A stretch of DNA of 61,867 nucleotides, filler included, from Platydemus manokwari (taxonomy: Eukaryota), in NCBI GenBank assembly GCA_037951405.1. It is 5 parts of 5 records of this genome, joined end to end, with 100 filler letters (N's around TTAATTAATTAA, not from the genome) between each part and the next. Parts side by side here need not be neighbours in the genome. Positions count along the whole stretch, not along the records: positions 10,811 to 24,308 come from JBBMOY011703622.1; positions 24,409 to 35,406 come from JBBMOY010987749.1; 3 more parts are not named here. One strand, 5' to 3'. The stretch's first letter is position 1, and every line of letters starts with the position of its first letter. A program made the position numbers and the translations under genes. A model generated the notes under the pieces. That model searched no databases. It was not told where the DNA came from and saw nothing but the letters and a program-made list of their open reading frames with translations. Below, in pieces: positions 14,042 through 27,269 of the stretch.

Positions 14042-14469
14042 TGTTGAGTGAGATGAAATTCTGCAAAAAGAAAACCGAAATTACACCTCGCAACCCTAAT
14101 TTTGGCACTTTGAGCATTTGCATGCCCACACGACCTTGCAGTTATGGCAATCAACCAACCACAGCGAAGTTAGATGGTGAATTACAATTAGAAAAAAGGC
14201 ATAACTACACAAAACACACATTGGGATTGACTAGTCCCACTCACGTAAAAACTTAAAAAACCAAATAAGAACACAGAGAAACAAACATTAAATCAAAATA
14301 TAATACAACATGACACAAAAAAATACACACAGATCGCGAGTATAAAAATCAATGTAAAGATGGACAAATGCCAGTTGAAATCCAGATTTAGGTGAAGACT
14401 TTGTGTTTGTGTATTGATTAATAAACGTTATTTTTGAGTCAAGTATTTATTATTCGTTGTTATTCAACA
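14042..14469 (+). mobile_element. Solo LTR, 428 bp, with 4-bp target-site duplication
   Basis: Termini TGTTGA...TCAACA; perfect GTTA duplication at 14038-14041 and 14470-14473; TATAAAA at 14341 and AATAAA at 14420. Confidence 0.85.
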
Positions 14470-16507
14470 GTTACTTTAATAAAATCTGACTACAAATTTA
14501 TTTGTAAATTAATAAATAACAATAAATAAATGAAAATATATTATTTAAAAATAAATTGTTGGATTACAATAAAATATTGACAAAGATAAATATCATCAAA
14601 TAACCAGGATGATGATTTTAGAATTATTATTTTCAATTATTATTTGGCACTTAGATCTGAAAGATGAAGCTATTGGCTTTATTTTAATAGGTAAACAGTA
14701 TTTTGCGAAGTATCTCCAAGAGCCCTAGCTTTCCGAGTGGCTTGAGGGTGGTTAGGTCTTCAGTGGTCCGGTAAGTACAGATGGTCGCTAGTTTTAACTG
14801 AAAATTTTAATATATTTAAATAAAATCAACGAGGTTGCACATTTAAAATATATTGAATTAAAGTATTATTTAAACACGTATAATGAAACATTGTAAAAGA
14901 GAGTTGGTAAAATTACTTAAATTTTTAAAGCGAATTCTGTTATTCTTTTATTTTACGAAGAAATAATCCTTTTACATAGACAAGCGCTATGGAGACTTGA
15001 TGGTTAACTTTTTTCGTATAGTCAAATCTAGATTGCTATTCAAGAACTGGGTGCTAATCGGAATATTGTGATAATTACTTCCATTATTATAGACAAATGA
15101 GCTTTAGATAATTATTGCAGTTATGAACTAAAGGAATCATAGAACCTAGCATTTATAATTTGTTCTGCTAATCTGAATTTGGTTTTTCTGATTTATATGA
15201 GTTCATTTTGTTTGTTTATCTTTTTTTAGTTTTTTCTATTTTTTGTTACTTCTTTAGTTTTCGTATATTTTTAATAATATAATTTTCCTTCATATTAATT
15301 TTGGATTTATTTTTATTTATTTTTGGTTTTCTTACAATTTTTAGAATAAATGAGTCCATTTTAAAATATATGAGTAATTATTATTAGAAAAGCTTTATAT
15401 TCATATTTGGTATGACTTAGGGAATTATTTCAGGGATTAGCTATATCTAATACAATAATAAAACAAATTAATTCGATTATACTGTAATAATAAAATGCAT
15501 TTTCAATCTGGTCAACTGCTTTTAATTATTTGTACGGCAAGTTATTGATATTTAAACAGGCTTATAATGGAAAATAGATTTTATTTTTTTATTATAGGTT
15601 GGAAAGTTCAAAATTTCTCAGGTTTATTTTAATTGCTTCCTATGATTGTGATTTGATTCTTAGTTATAAATTAAAGACTGTTTAATGAATGGATTTCTGT
15701 CTTTTTAGTGTATGTTTGTTAGTCAAGGTTATTTTCAAATTTTGTTTTTTGAATTTTTTTGTGGGTTTTACAGTTTATCTAAGCTCTGCACTATTGACAC
15801 TAATAACAAAATGTCTGGGTTATTTAATGTAGAGCTTGAAACGTAATCTATAAAACCATTACTATTAAACACCCCGTTTTACCTATTAATTTTCAAGTTA
15901 AATTCAAGTTAAAAATTGTAATAAAAAAATCCTCAAAACACTTAACTCATATCTCTTATAATCTTCTCACTTTTAATCATAATCGGCATGATCTAAAAAA
16001 CTTTTTATAAAAACTACAACAAATTTTAATTCAAAATATTTTACATTAGACCAATTGTGAGAAAATTGCAAACGAGAGGTAAAGAAATTAAACTAGCTGA
16101 TTTTCAGAGAAAAATTTAGTAGGAAAAAGTCACTGTTGTGAACCATGGAAAATCTAAATCAGAAACATTTTGACCATCTGAAAATAAATCAATATCAATG
16201 GAATGAGAAAAATTGATTGTGGCTCAATTATAATTCTTCCACATTTCACAAAAATTTAATTTTAGTTAAATTTAATCTTTGAAATTAATTTTTCATGTAT
16301 CCATCAAATAATTATTTAATTTAGATTACACAGATTTTTGAATTATGATTTAAATTTTAACTCGATACAAATAAATGGTACTGAATATCATTTTATAAAA
16401 TATTTTTGAATTCTTTAACTAATCATCTTTTTTCAAACAATTCCTTATCATTGTCTAGGTTGTGATCCTTATTTTTAAAAGGTATCAAAACGTTATATAA
16501 ATATATA

Positions 16508-16729
16508 CAGGGTGGCCCAACAGTAGGTTTACAGTTATTAAAGTGTGTGTGTGCGACAGAATGTCCTGGAGAGATTTGAAGATGTTGCAATGTTGAATGA
16601 GGATATTTTGGGAGTATGAGGATTGAATTGTTTATATTAACAGGTATACGAATTTCCCGCTTTTCTAGTTTCGGATTTTCAAATAAATAGTCTACGTGAT
16701 AACTGTAAACCTATTTTTGGGCCACCTTG
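16508..16729 (+). mobile_element. Tc1/mariner-superfamily MITE, 222 bp
   Basis: TIRs CAGGGTGGCCCAACAGTAGGTTTACAGTTAT / ATAACTGTAAACCTATTTTTGGGCCACCTTG with TA on both sides. The interior resembles a transposase C-terminus (NVLERF.. RCCNVE*GYF). Confidence 0.88.
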
Positions 16730-16732
16730 TAT

Positions 16733-16933
16733 ATGCAGAATTCAGCTTAGATAAGTATTTAGAGGCCTGATTTTCTTTGATTCTCATCTATTGGTTTTTG
16801 ACTATTGATTTTTCTCAAATAAAATATATATATTTGCAACGCCAAGCTTTTTTGTACGGTTATATATATATATCATAGACGAGAATCAATGAAAATCAGG
16901 CCTTTAAATATCTATCTGAGCTGAATTTTACAT
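16733..16933. mobile_element. Foldback/MITE-like element with ~59-bp imperfect terminal inverted repeats
   Basis: Left arm ATGCAGAATTCAGCTTAGATAAGTATTTAGAGGCCTGATTTTCTTTGATTCTCATCTAT pairs with the right arm (16875-16933) with few mismatches, around a short AT-rich spacer. Confidence 0.7.
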
Positions 16934-17522
16934 GTATTATACAAATAATTAAATTTTCTGTCAAACTCATTGAATAAAATGACTTAATATGTCTTGTTTG
17001 CTTTAGACGTTGATTTACACTCTATCAGTAATATCAGATATTTTTGTCGAACTTCTTTAACCTCATAGTAATAAGCTCGTTTAAATTCATGAAAGTATAA
17101 AAGTTGTTATTCAATCTCTAATTATTTCTTATTAAGAATTTTTATTAATCAAAACTATCAAAATTTATATTTACTTTTAAAATTATTTCAAAAATATTTA
17201 CAAGATATAGTGAAATTAAAGTTCAACGATTTCACCAACTTTAAAATGGAAAACATAATCCGTTGTATTGAAATGCAATAAAAAATAATACAAAAAGTAA
17301 TACATTCTATCACATTAAACAGAAATCTTCATGAGATAATTATAATTACATTTTTTAATAATAGTCTTAAAAAATTAAGCAATTATCGTGAGCATTTCAA
17401 AAAGAACATATCGATATTTCATTTCTATATGAGCATAAAGTTAAAACAAAATCAAATTTTTAATAAACACTATCTAAATGTATTTTCAAAATATAAATTG
17501 TAAACAAATTTCAAATGATGTG

Positions 17523-17813
17523 TCATTTTTTAGTTTTCGGTTTCCAAAATATACTATAATACACTGCCAAAACGATGGCGGCAGCGGACACAGATATGAT
17601 ATAAAAGAAAACAGTCGCCAATCTTGCTAATTTCTTACGATTTGAACCGTGTTTAGACGACTTACTCTCATCATTAGAAGCAGAAGGTGTCCAATCTACT
17701 TTGAATTTTGCTTGATTAACAACACGATTTGTTAATTTACTGTCGATTATCGGGAAACGTTTTTCATGCAACATATTGATGTTTGATAAAGGAATTTCCA
17801 TTTTCGCTTTCAT
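17523..17813 (-). CDS. InaF-motif small transmembrane protein, 96 aa
   Basis: NRKKLARLATVFFYIISVSAAAIVLAVYYSIFWKP matches the InaF motif (KW.RL.TV..Y...VS..AI.LA.YY...W.P). Single coding exon. Confidence 0.88.
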   Translation of the reverse strand: MKAKMEIPLSNINMLHEKRFPIIDSKLTNRVVNQAKFKVDWTPSASNDESKSSKHGSNRKKLARLATVFFYIISVSAAAIVLAVYYSIFWKPKTKK

Positions 17814-18589
17814 TTTTACGGATGATATATGTTGAATATGATTGCACTTGCAAAAATTTGAGTATTAAAATCGTAAACCAGTTTTGTTCGCAAAACTTGT
17901 TTTATAAAAAGTTGATATATTGATAACTTCAAATAAAGTTATTTATACAAATAAAAATGTTAGTTTAATTACTTATTTAAAACAATTCAGATTTAAGGTG
18001 AGAATTTAAGAAACTTTAAAATAAAAATTTATACCAAAATTAAAATTAGAAAATAAAATAATTAAAATCAACTCACAGTTTTAGTAAACCTTATTTTTTA
18101 TTTTGTTATTCATATAAGAAATATAATTCAATGATCTTTTACAAAATCAAACAACGCAAATGATGAAAATTTTAAATATAATAAATTTCATTTTGTGCGT
18201 TTTTGAAGTAATGTGCTTTGAAAATACAGAAAATTCATTTTTATAAGTTTTTAAAAGTGTTCGCATAAAAATGGTTTAATAACCTGCTTATTAGAAAAAT
18301 AAATGGCCTAAATTTCACGATGATCAAATTTTATGGTCTGATTTTATTATAATATGCTTTGATAAGATATCGTTTAAATATGTTTGAACTCAGCGTTAAA
18401 TGATATTCATGAACATATTTTGAAAATTCAAAACATTTGTCGCAAAATGCAAAAATTTATTAATGCCTTACCTGATCAATGCGCAAATTGTCACTTCTTG
18501 ACTTGTGATTGATTGTATCGATTAAAGTTTGATGTTTGTGTGGAATTTTGTTTTACTTTGGAGTTCTTGATTATTTAGTAGCTTATAAA

Positions 18590-19310
18590 ATATTTTTTAT
18601 GGTCATTTCTTATATTCAATGTTATATCTTATTTATCTCAATGCTCATTATTTTATATTTTATTTCCACAAATTTTCTTGTTTTTATTTCCTTTAATAAA
18701 ATTTAATTCATGTTTTCCGATCAAGTAATAGTAACAAGTTTCATTTATCCCAAAGGTTTCTTCTTCAATCTGTAAAATGTTTTTTATTCTCATTTGAAAA
18801 TATATGCTTAAAGATCTCAGCTTTGGTTTATAATTTTATCATAAAGTTCATTAAAAATATTATTCTTGAACTGAATTTCAAATAGTCAAAGCTTGATAAG
18901 TGGCATTGACAATCGACTTGATCTGGAGAATTAGTTTATCCCCATAATGAGATATCTTATGATTCTATTATTATCATTATCACATAATACACCAACAGCT
19001 ATGATTAGTTTACTTATTTAAAGATTAAATTAATCACATTGAATGCTGTTTTCAACTAGTTTCACAACCTAAGTCTCTCCGAAGAGAGCCCATTCGAAGC
19101 TTGGACATCTGACACTGGAACAGAAAATTTATCGGTTAAATCATTTAATTTCATAAAAAACAAGACTCATGATAGAGCTTCCTTATTTTGGACTAATATC
19201 CATGGTGAATTTCATACACTTACCTTATTATCAAATAAAGATTTGATAAATTATTCAATTTTACCCTTCAAATGAATAGGTTGGCATCTTGGATTTTGCA
19301 TGGCCCGTGC
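18590..19310 (-). mobile_element. Degenerate Gypsy pol remnant (RT start, integrase core, GPY/F region)
   Basis: RCQPIHLKGKIE*FIKSLFDNK..NSPWILVQNK...KLNDLT (RT N-terminus), ASNGLSSER (integrase PxSNGxxER), and *P*KI (decayed GPYKI), in the expected order. Confidence 0.6.
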
Positions 19311-22300
19311 TCATTTGTTAGTATTAAAATTTGAAAAACTTCGAAAACTATTCAATCACTTAAGTATTGATTCGATCTTTAATCAGTAATATACCATAAT
19401 TTTTCATAATACTGATGTCTCCAATAACATCTTGATATTATTGTTTATTTATTGTTATTCGTTCCATTCAAAAATGAGCCCTCATTTTTTGAATAAAAGT
19501 CCGTATTTGTTTGAGAAATGCAATAATAATCCGTTCATTTGATTATTTTATTTGAATTAGTCTAATATTTCTCAATTCGAATTCTGCTGTTTCACAAATT
19601 GCTACAGTTCATTTGATCTCTGAAACATGTAATTAGCCTCTACAAATTTCCATTCTATCTTCATATCAACATCACTTCATCTCTTTTATTTTTTTGAGGT
19701 TCTCTGAAAATTCTTTGTTTTGTTTATCAAATACATCATCTGATTGGATATCCTTCTCTTTGTTGATACACAATATTCTTTAACGTCTGTCATCTTTGTG
19801 AGGGAAATTTAAATTAACTAATAATAATTTTAAATAATAATTTTAATAAATTTTTTTAAATTACAATTCAGAATAATTTAAATATTTTTATCTATACTGA
19901 TTAAGATTGATAATTAAATCTCTCTAGAAAAGGAATTTTAATTTGCTTAAAAATTATAATATTTGTTGGCATTAGATAAATATTAAGAAAATCATAATAA
20001 TAGTCTTAAATAATGATCTCAAAGCCTTTCCTCAAATCAAACAGCAATAAGAAAGTGGAGATCCATAACTTCTACACCCTTTTCTAAAAAGCAAACAACT
20101 CACTAGCTTGAGATATTCATCTCATGTGGTCATCTATCTTCAGTATTATTATAAAATTTTGTTACTATAATCTTAAAAAATCTTTGGTTTAGCATAATGT
20201 GGATCAGAAATTAAATTTATTAAAAAGTTTGGTTTCCTTTTCATTGGTCGTTGGCTATGTCTTTGGAAGTTATACTGCATGGTAACCAATTTAGTTTTTG
20301 AATGAAGATTGCATCTTTGGGATATCTAATTTCTTATTATTGACTTGATTATTTAAGACAAAATAGAATATAAAAAAGGAAAAAAATATTTACGTAAAAT
20401 TTATCATGTAAATAAATTTCAGTAATTTTCAACTTTAAGATTTTATAATGTCAAAGGACTCTAAATCAATTTGTTTGAAAAAATATAATAGGAGCAAAAA
20501 TCATAAAAGATGGAATATTGTTATTAATAATCTATTGCCATAGCGAAAGTCATAAAGGAAACGAATCGAGTTATAACTAATAATCTCTTAACAAAAAATA
20601 ACATAGTCAATTTATTGTTTTAAATAATCACGATAATTATTAGGTCAAAGGGATCATACTCTTTTGGATCCCAACAAATCATATTTTAAACTTTGTAATC
20701 AAACTTATCAACGTGAATAGCATGTTCTTGCGCTCCTTGCAAGATAATCACACCCATTTATTTCAAATTTACATGAGTTGAGTTAAACTAGTGTGAAATT
20801 TAAATGGTACATTGATTAATTGATTCAGTAAATAATTAATACTCATCTTGTTTGTTTATTTGAATTAACACAAATAATAGAACTCAAGCTGTTGAGTTGT
20901 ATAATTAACATCCATAATACAACTTTGTTTTATTATTATTGATGTGACTTAATTGCCAATAAAACATGAAGTATGAGACAAAAGGGAATAAAAAATTGGA
21001 TTCAAAATCCTATAAAATCCCATTTGAATCAAACAAACAGAAAACCTTTTTTTTACATATGTCAACAGTCACAACAGGAACCACAAAGTAAGTAATGGTA
21101 AATTGAACTATCACCCGTTATTCTCACATACATTTACAAAACACTCATCCAACAATATTCCAATAAAATATCGAAAAAAAATATGAAATCATCAATGAAA
21201 TCTTCTAATTGATTCAATCTACATTAGCAAATGAAATTCAACCAATAGAACAAGCAGAAAGTTTATAAAAGATATATTTGTTGGTCCGTACAGTCAATTG
21301 TAATAAAAGATATATTATTTACTTTCTGTTTTATCTGTTGGTTTTTCATTACAGAAGTATTGATTTGATTTATTCTTGACTTTTTTGATGAGGTTTTGAC
21401 TTGAATAAATTTTAATACCTCTTATAAATTCTCATTTTTATGTAGTACACAAGAATAATAGAAAATATATTGTACACTATTAATGATAAACTTTTAGGCT
21501 GATGACCGGTATTTGCTATTTTGCTTTCAGGTGTGACCGGGGGGAAATGCTTGCGGGATTACTTTTTAATAAGCATTATCTGAAACAATGGTTTACCCAT
21601 TATTTTCTATAAATAAATAAATAAATAAATAATATATGAAAAATAAAATCAATATTCTATCTTATTGTAATAAAACGAAGTCATGTGATGTATGATATTC
21701 TAAATTTTCCGTATTTTTATATTGGAATTACTTAAAAATGTACGATTTAAACACAGATCCACTGGGTACTCGCCATTCAGTCTAAATATTTGCCAGGGCG
21801 TACAAGTTTATTATAATTTGGAATTGATTTTCAAATTTTTTTTAATAATAAATAATAGTTCAGACGAACTTGAATTTTGTTCAAACACTTATAGAGAAAT
21901 GGTTCCAGAAATGAAGAATGAATAAGTTTAATAATAATTTAATTGTTTGATAAAAACACAATTATTCTGGACATAACAAGCATGAAGAATATCTTCAAAT
22001 TGAGAAATATTCATTAATAGAAGGATTGAAATTTAATCTGTAAAGATTTTCAAACTTTTAATACGAAATCCCTTTGACTTGTAGAACAAAAATTCTAAAA
22101 TGTTCTCTTGATATGTAAATTTATTGCCTTCATTAATTTTTTTGGAATGTAACACAAGCAATCGAAATTAGAAAATCTCTTGTATCATACGTGGTAAAGT
22201 AAATTATAGAGAAATTTGTCTTTAACAATGATGTAGTCTTAAGTATACCGTTAGTATTAACAAAATTCATAAAATTATTTATTACTTTTTCTGGATTCCA

Positions 22301-23133
22301 AATAAAATAAACTTTAATGGTTTATTAAATAAATTATTTTCAAAAAATCATCTCGACAAAAATTAATTGCCTATGAATAATTTAAAATGTAGACTGTATT
22401 GATAGTGTTGTGCAGATGTACAAAAGGTGTACAGGGTTTCAAATGATCCTTCATTCTCTATTTTTATCGAGGACTTTGATTGGGTAATTGTTATTTGCTT
22501 GAGATTTCATTGGTCCATTTTTGTGTTTGTAATATTGTGTGTGGATGTTCAATCTAAACTTCTCTTTACAAGATTTTTATTCATTTAATTTGACTTCTTA
22601 ACGATTCATACTTTTGATTTATGTGTTAAAAAGTTTAAAGTCCAATTGAGTTTAATATTATTAGGTAAATAAAACTAAATCCCTACAAATCAGATTAATT
22701 TTTATTATGATGATAGAGGTTTGTAACAACAAATATAGCAGATGAAAATATTTATTGTTATGAGTTATTATTCGAAAATTTCATAATTCACTATCTTTTT
22801 AATTGACCGAGTCTTGAAAGAAAACGCTTGGTTTCAATCAATCGTAAAACAAAAATTAAATGAGCCCAAACAAAATGACAGAACTGTATTTTGAAAATAA
22901 TAAATCATACCTTAATATTAGAAATAATTCATAAAAACACAAGCAATAATCTCCAAGTAGGTTAACACAGCATATCCTTTATCACCAGTAAATAATACCA
23001 ACCTGATTTTAAAAGATAAATGCAGAAAACAAGTAAAAATAATCGCGCGATACACACAAACATTAAAGCAAATAATATCTTTCAAATAGTACGCATAATT
23101 CTTTTGTTTTATTAAATTGAATCAATTATATTT

Positions 23134-23585
23134 TTACACTGAAGTTTCTGAATCGAGTTTGAAAATAAATTTATTACATTTTTCTGGAAATATTTCTTCC
23201 GTCAAATTGAAATTCGGAAGACTCCGTACAGTGCAAAATAAAGAAATATCACCCTGACAAAGGTGAAAAACCGCCCCATCACAGATATTTCTCGACACCA
23301 ATCTATCACTGTAAAGTATCCATGATGTGACAACGTCTTCATCGATGTACAATTGTTGTTGGTAGCCAGGATCCTCAAGCACCGGGCCTTGCGATAGAAA
23401 TGGTTCAAGAAATGCTCGATAACCTAAGTCGTAGTTGAGACAATTTCTCAAATGGCCAATAACCCATTCCATTGAAAATCGAGGTTGCTGTCTGGTGGTT
23501 CGTAGAAATTTTTGCAATGGCTTTAACAATGTTGAAAATATAGCTTGGGCAGCTTCATAAGCTCCCATAAGCTTAGCATTCGTAT
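23134..23585 (-). CDS. Vang: Van Gogh/strabismus planar-cell-polarity protein, terminal exon only
   Basis: EAAQAIF..LQKFLRTTRQQP..HLRNCL..RAFLE..LTEE..KFIFKLDSETSV* with the PDZ-binding ETSV end. Splice acceptor (TTTAG) at 23586-23587, phase 1. Confidence 0.95.
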
Positions 23586-24308
23586 CTAAATAGAAAATTG
23601 AAAATCATGATAATGAAGCAGCTGCACACAGCATTTATATAAAAAGAGTTTCCTAATTTATAGTGATTAATCAAGGTTTTGAGGAATAACCTGATATGGT
23701 ATTAAAATGCAGTTATAACATCTACTTAAGATCGAGTGGTCAGTGAAAGTGAATTCTAGAGAAATGGCCATGGTCTCTAACTTGTCGATGATGTAATTAT
23801 AAAAGGGTGGATTAGTGATCATTAACGATATTTTGAGTAAAGACAGGTCCATCTAAATATTGGGTTTCACAAAGGTTCAAAAGCCAAATGTAGAAACATC
23901 ATACAAGGTTCATTGAAGAAATCCTTGTAAATGGAAAATTTCATTCTGGTTTTACTTTTTAGAAACCGAATTTTAAAAATACTCAATTAAATTCGATTAA
24001 TCCAACATTTTCATTTCACTTGATTCATAATAATCAAGTTTGAGGAAAAATTATTATAAATAAATTAAAAATTAATTATAATCAACGATAGATTTTAGTT
24101 ACGAAACTTATTACTTGCGGTTATTTAAATAAGTAATATCAATTAGTGAAAATAGAAGTGATGATCTATCTCTTGGTGTATCTTCTAAATTGTGACCAGA
24201 TTTAGATAAATTTTGTTACGTTTTTTTTCTCACCAATTAAGTTAACAAAATCAATTTAATTTTTTACATTATTGTTAGAAATTAACTAAGAACAAGATTT
24301 CGTTTATA

Positions 24309-24408
24309 NNNNNNNNNNNNNNNNNNNNNNNNNNNNNNNNNNNNNNNNNNNNTTAATTAATTAANNNNNNNNNNNNNNNNNNNNNNNNNNNNNNNNNNNN
24401 NNNNNNNN
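24309..24408. other. Assembly spacer N44-TTAATTAATTAA-N44
   Basis: Same six-frame-stop linker. Confidence 0.98.
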
Positions 24409-25274
24409 ATTGTAATTGATATGTTTAAAATTGTTATTAAATTATGTGATTATTAATATTAATACAACGGAATAACATAAATTATTAATATAATCATCAT
24501 TTGTTATTGACAAAAAATTGGCAGCCGATAATAGGGATTATGTAAAATAAATGACTAAGAAACAGCCCAACCAAAATAGTCCCAGCTCAATATTTTATTA
24601 ATAAATAATCAGAAGATTTTCTATCAAAAATAAAATTGAAAAATTATTTTAGATTTCGTTAAATCGATATGTAATTGAGGGCATTATGACAGTGGTCATC
24701 ATTTTATACCTTTTTAAATTGATATATTATCTCATCGATCATAATAAATTGACACCCAATATTCAACTTATTAACGAGTGATAAAAAGTCCACTTAAGAG
24801 AATCCCATGAACCATCTCTATATTGAAATAACAATACAATGAGTCTTAATTAATAGGCCTCGTGTTTAGGAAGTCGAATTAGATCACTAAAACCAATAAA
24901 TGATACATAATTTCGACATAACCGAAGTCGTCTCACATTATTCATCATAATTAAGTAATTATCATTAAACCATCAATTTATTGAAGTATATGATTGCTCT
25001 TGAATATTTTACAATTCATTAAAACTAACATTCGGTCCAATTTTCAAGTAATTATTAGAATTAAAAATCAGATTATTTTGATTTGCAAAAAATTGTCTTC
25101 TTTTGTAATATAATTTTATATTTCAAGGATCAAAAACATCGAAAAACCAAAAAAATTGAAATCTTAAATAAGGCTTATGCGTATCATTGAAGTAATTAGA
25201 AATAAAAACAATATCTTCCAAAGATAAGTTTGATTTTGAAAAATATAGAAGTCAATCGATAAATAAATTAAAAA

Positions 25275-25680
25275 TAAAGAATTTATAGTAGATATCGATA
25301 CAAGTTATGAGACAATAGAGGGAGTTCTTTTGCAAATAGATGGCCAAGGAAATATGCATGTAATCCCGAAAAGGATCACGAGCAATGAATAAATTTGAGA
25401 ATAAATTAGGAATAAATTACTGACCATATTTTATTTCTGTTATCATTTCAGCCATTACTTGTATGGTAACCGATTTACACAAAGGCTGACAACAAAACGA
25501 TTACGTTTATGTTAAAACAAAGAAATTAAAAGAAGCATTAAGGAAACACAAACTAAGAAACGGGTGGAATAGAAAAATTCAAATTTAAGATAGATGACAA
25601 AGTATTGGTAATAAAAAAAGTACAGAATAAAAATTCAAAAAGATATGACGACCCCTTTGAACTTATAGAAGAAAAAACTA
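25275..25680 (+). mobile_element. Degenerate Gypsy pol remnant (RNase H and integrase C-terminus)
   Basis: KEFIVDIDTSYETIEGVLLQIDGQGNMHVI (TDAS..GAVLLQ motif), HFQPLLYGNRFT, and FKIDDKVLV..KRYDDPFELI (GPY/F). Confidence 0.72.
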
Positions 25681-26019
25681 TGCAAGGGCTTATTAATTAC
25701 CGAAGTGAAAATGGTACAGTGATAACTTAGATTGTATGTTTTAATAAAGTTTTGCTCAAAAACTGCTTTATTTATTATTCATCATATTTTAATTTCTGAA
25801 AAATCAATAAGCCAGTTCTCTATATTTGATTCAAAGATTTATATGGATATCATCGATAATTATTTTTAGATAAATATTCTATATTTAACAATTACAAGTA
25901 CTCATTAGAAAACCCATCACTATTTCGATTATTTTCCTATGATTAATAATCAATAAATCAGAAACAATACATAGCTATTGTTGACCGAAATACTTCATAA
26001 GATTGTATGATTTCAAATC

Positions 26020-26640
26020 TACATACGAATGAGACGGATACACATAGACCGAATAAAATTTAATGCAAAATACATTCTTAAGAATCAGGGTTGATTTTCA
26101 GACATTTTCAATGTCGATTAAACGTTATCAGAAAAATTCATTAACATCAAATTAACATTTTCCAATTGTTCTCTCGAATTTGTTCACAAATCAACATCAA
26201 AAATAAATAAATATTTTTATTGAAATTTTCCAAGTTTGAGATGAAAATTTATCAATGGAACCGCTTGTCACAATGATAGAATCGGCTTTCAAAGGTGAAA
26301 ACATATTCTAGTGTAAAATCAAATCCATTTGCATAACAGACAAGAGATGTATTAGACCATGAATTACATTAATATAGATAGGTTCATAAATTTTAGCTGA
26401 TCTACAAATTGATAATCAAGAGGTTTTGGACATAATGAGTTTCGGTCCACACATACAGATATGTTTGTAATTATCTTTTACAAATTTAATTATTATAATT
26501 ATTATTACTTGTATCCATTGAATTATCTCACACGTCGACGATGATATTATTGATATGCCTATTTGGCTTGTAGACAAAATCGGTTTCATTCTTGTGATGT
26601 CAAATGATTTATGATTGTGGTCACAATTTTGACTATTGGT
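26020..26640 (-). pseudogene. Possible decayed LRR C-cap plus Ig-domain fragment (LRRN-like)
   Basis: Across frames: TCEIIQWIQ..TNISVCVDRNSLCPKPLDYQ..EPIYINVIHG/SNTSLVCYANG..FSPLKADSIIVTSGSIDKF..STLILKNV. The order fits LRRCT followed by an I-set Ig. Confidence 0.33.
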
Positions 26641-27269
26641 ATATAATTATGTGTATAATTTAAGAGGCTTTTTATTTATCTATTATTTAAGGAACTCGAA
26701 ATACTATAAATTCAAGTCTAACCATATCCAAGTGTCTTTATTTTTTGTTTTCCATGAAGTTATAAAAATGTTTCATTTCTAATAAAACCATTAACGAAAA
26801 ATCCTTTAGAATCTTATTCGTATATATACACGGATTGACAATTGGTAGGAATTTAGAAATAGTTATTACTTAAGTGCTGTCAACATGAAATTCAGGATTC
26901 TGGACTGTCTAGTCTTTGAAGATTTGAGTTTAAGTTAAGAAAAAGGGTCCTTTGATCTAATTTCGTTATAATGAATTTTCGCGCATGAGATAATTTTATA
27001 ACTTAATTTTATATATAACTGCTATGTTTGATTTTTTCGTATAATTTAGTTAATATCTCATTTTATAAGATGTCTAATAAAAAAAACAGTTTTAAAACCA
27101 AGTTCCTATTCTCATCATAACACTTCTATATGATTATTTGAGTTTTTAAATTTAAATTTTTTTAATCATAAATCGAGTTAGCTAATTACAGACATATTTA
27201 GTAACAGCATGATTTATTCTTATAAAATAATTGTAAAAATTTAGAATCACATATATCGATAAAAAAAAT

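Noticed and set aside
13996-14256. 86-aa ORF
   Set aside because: Runs across the solo-LTR boundary; no protein features.
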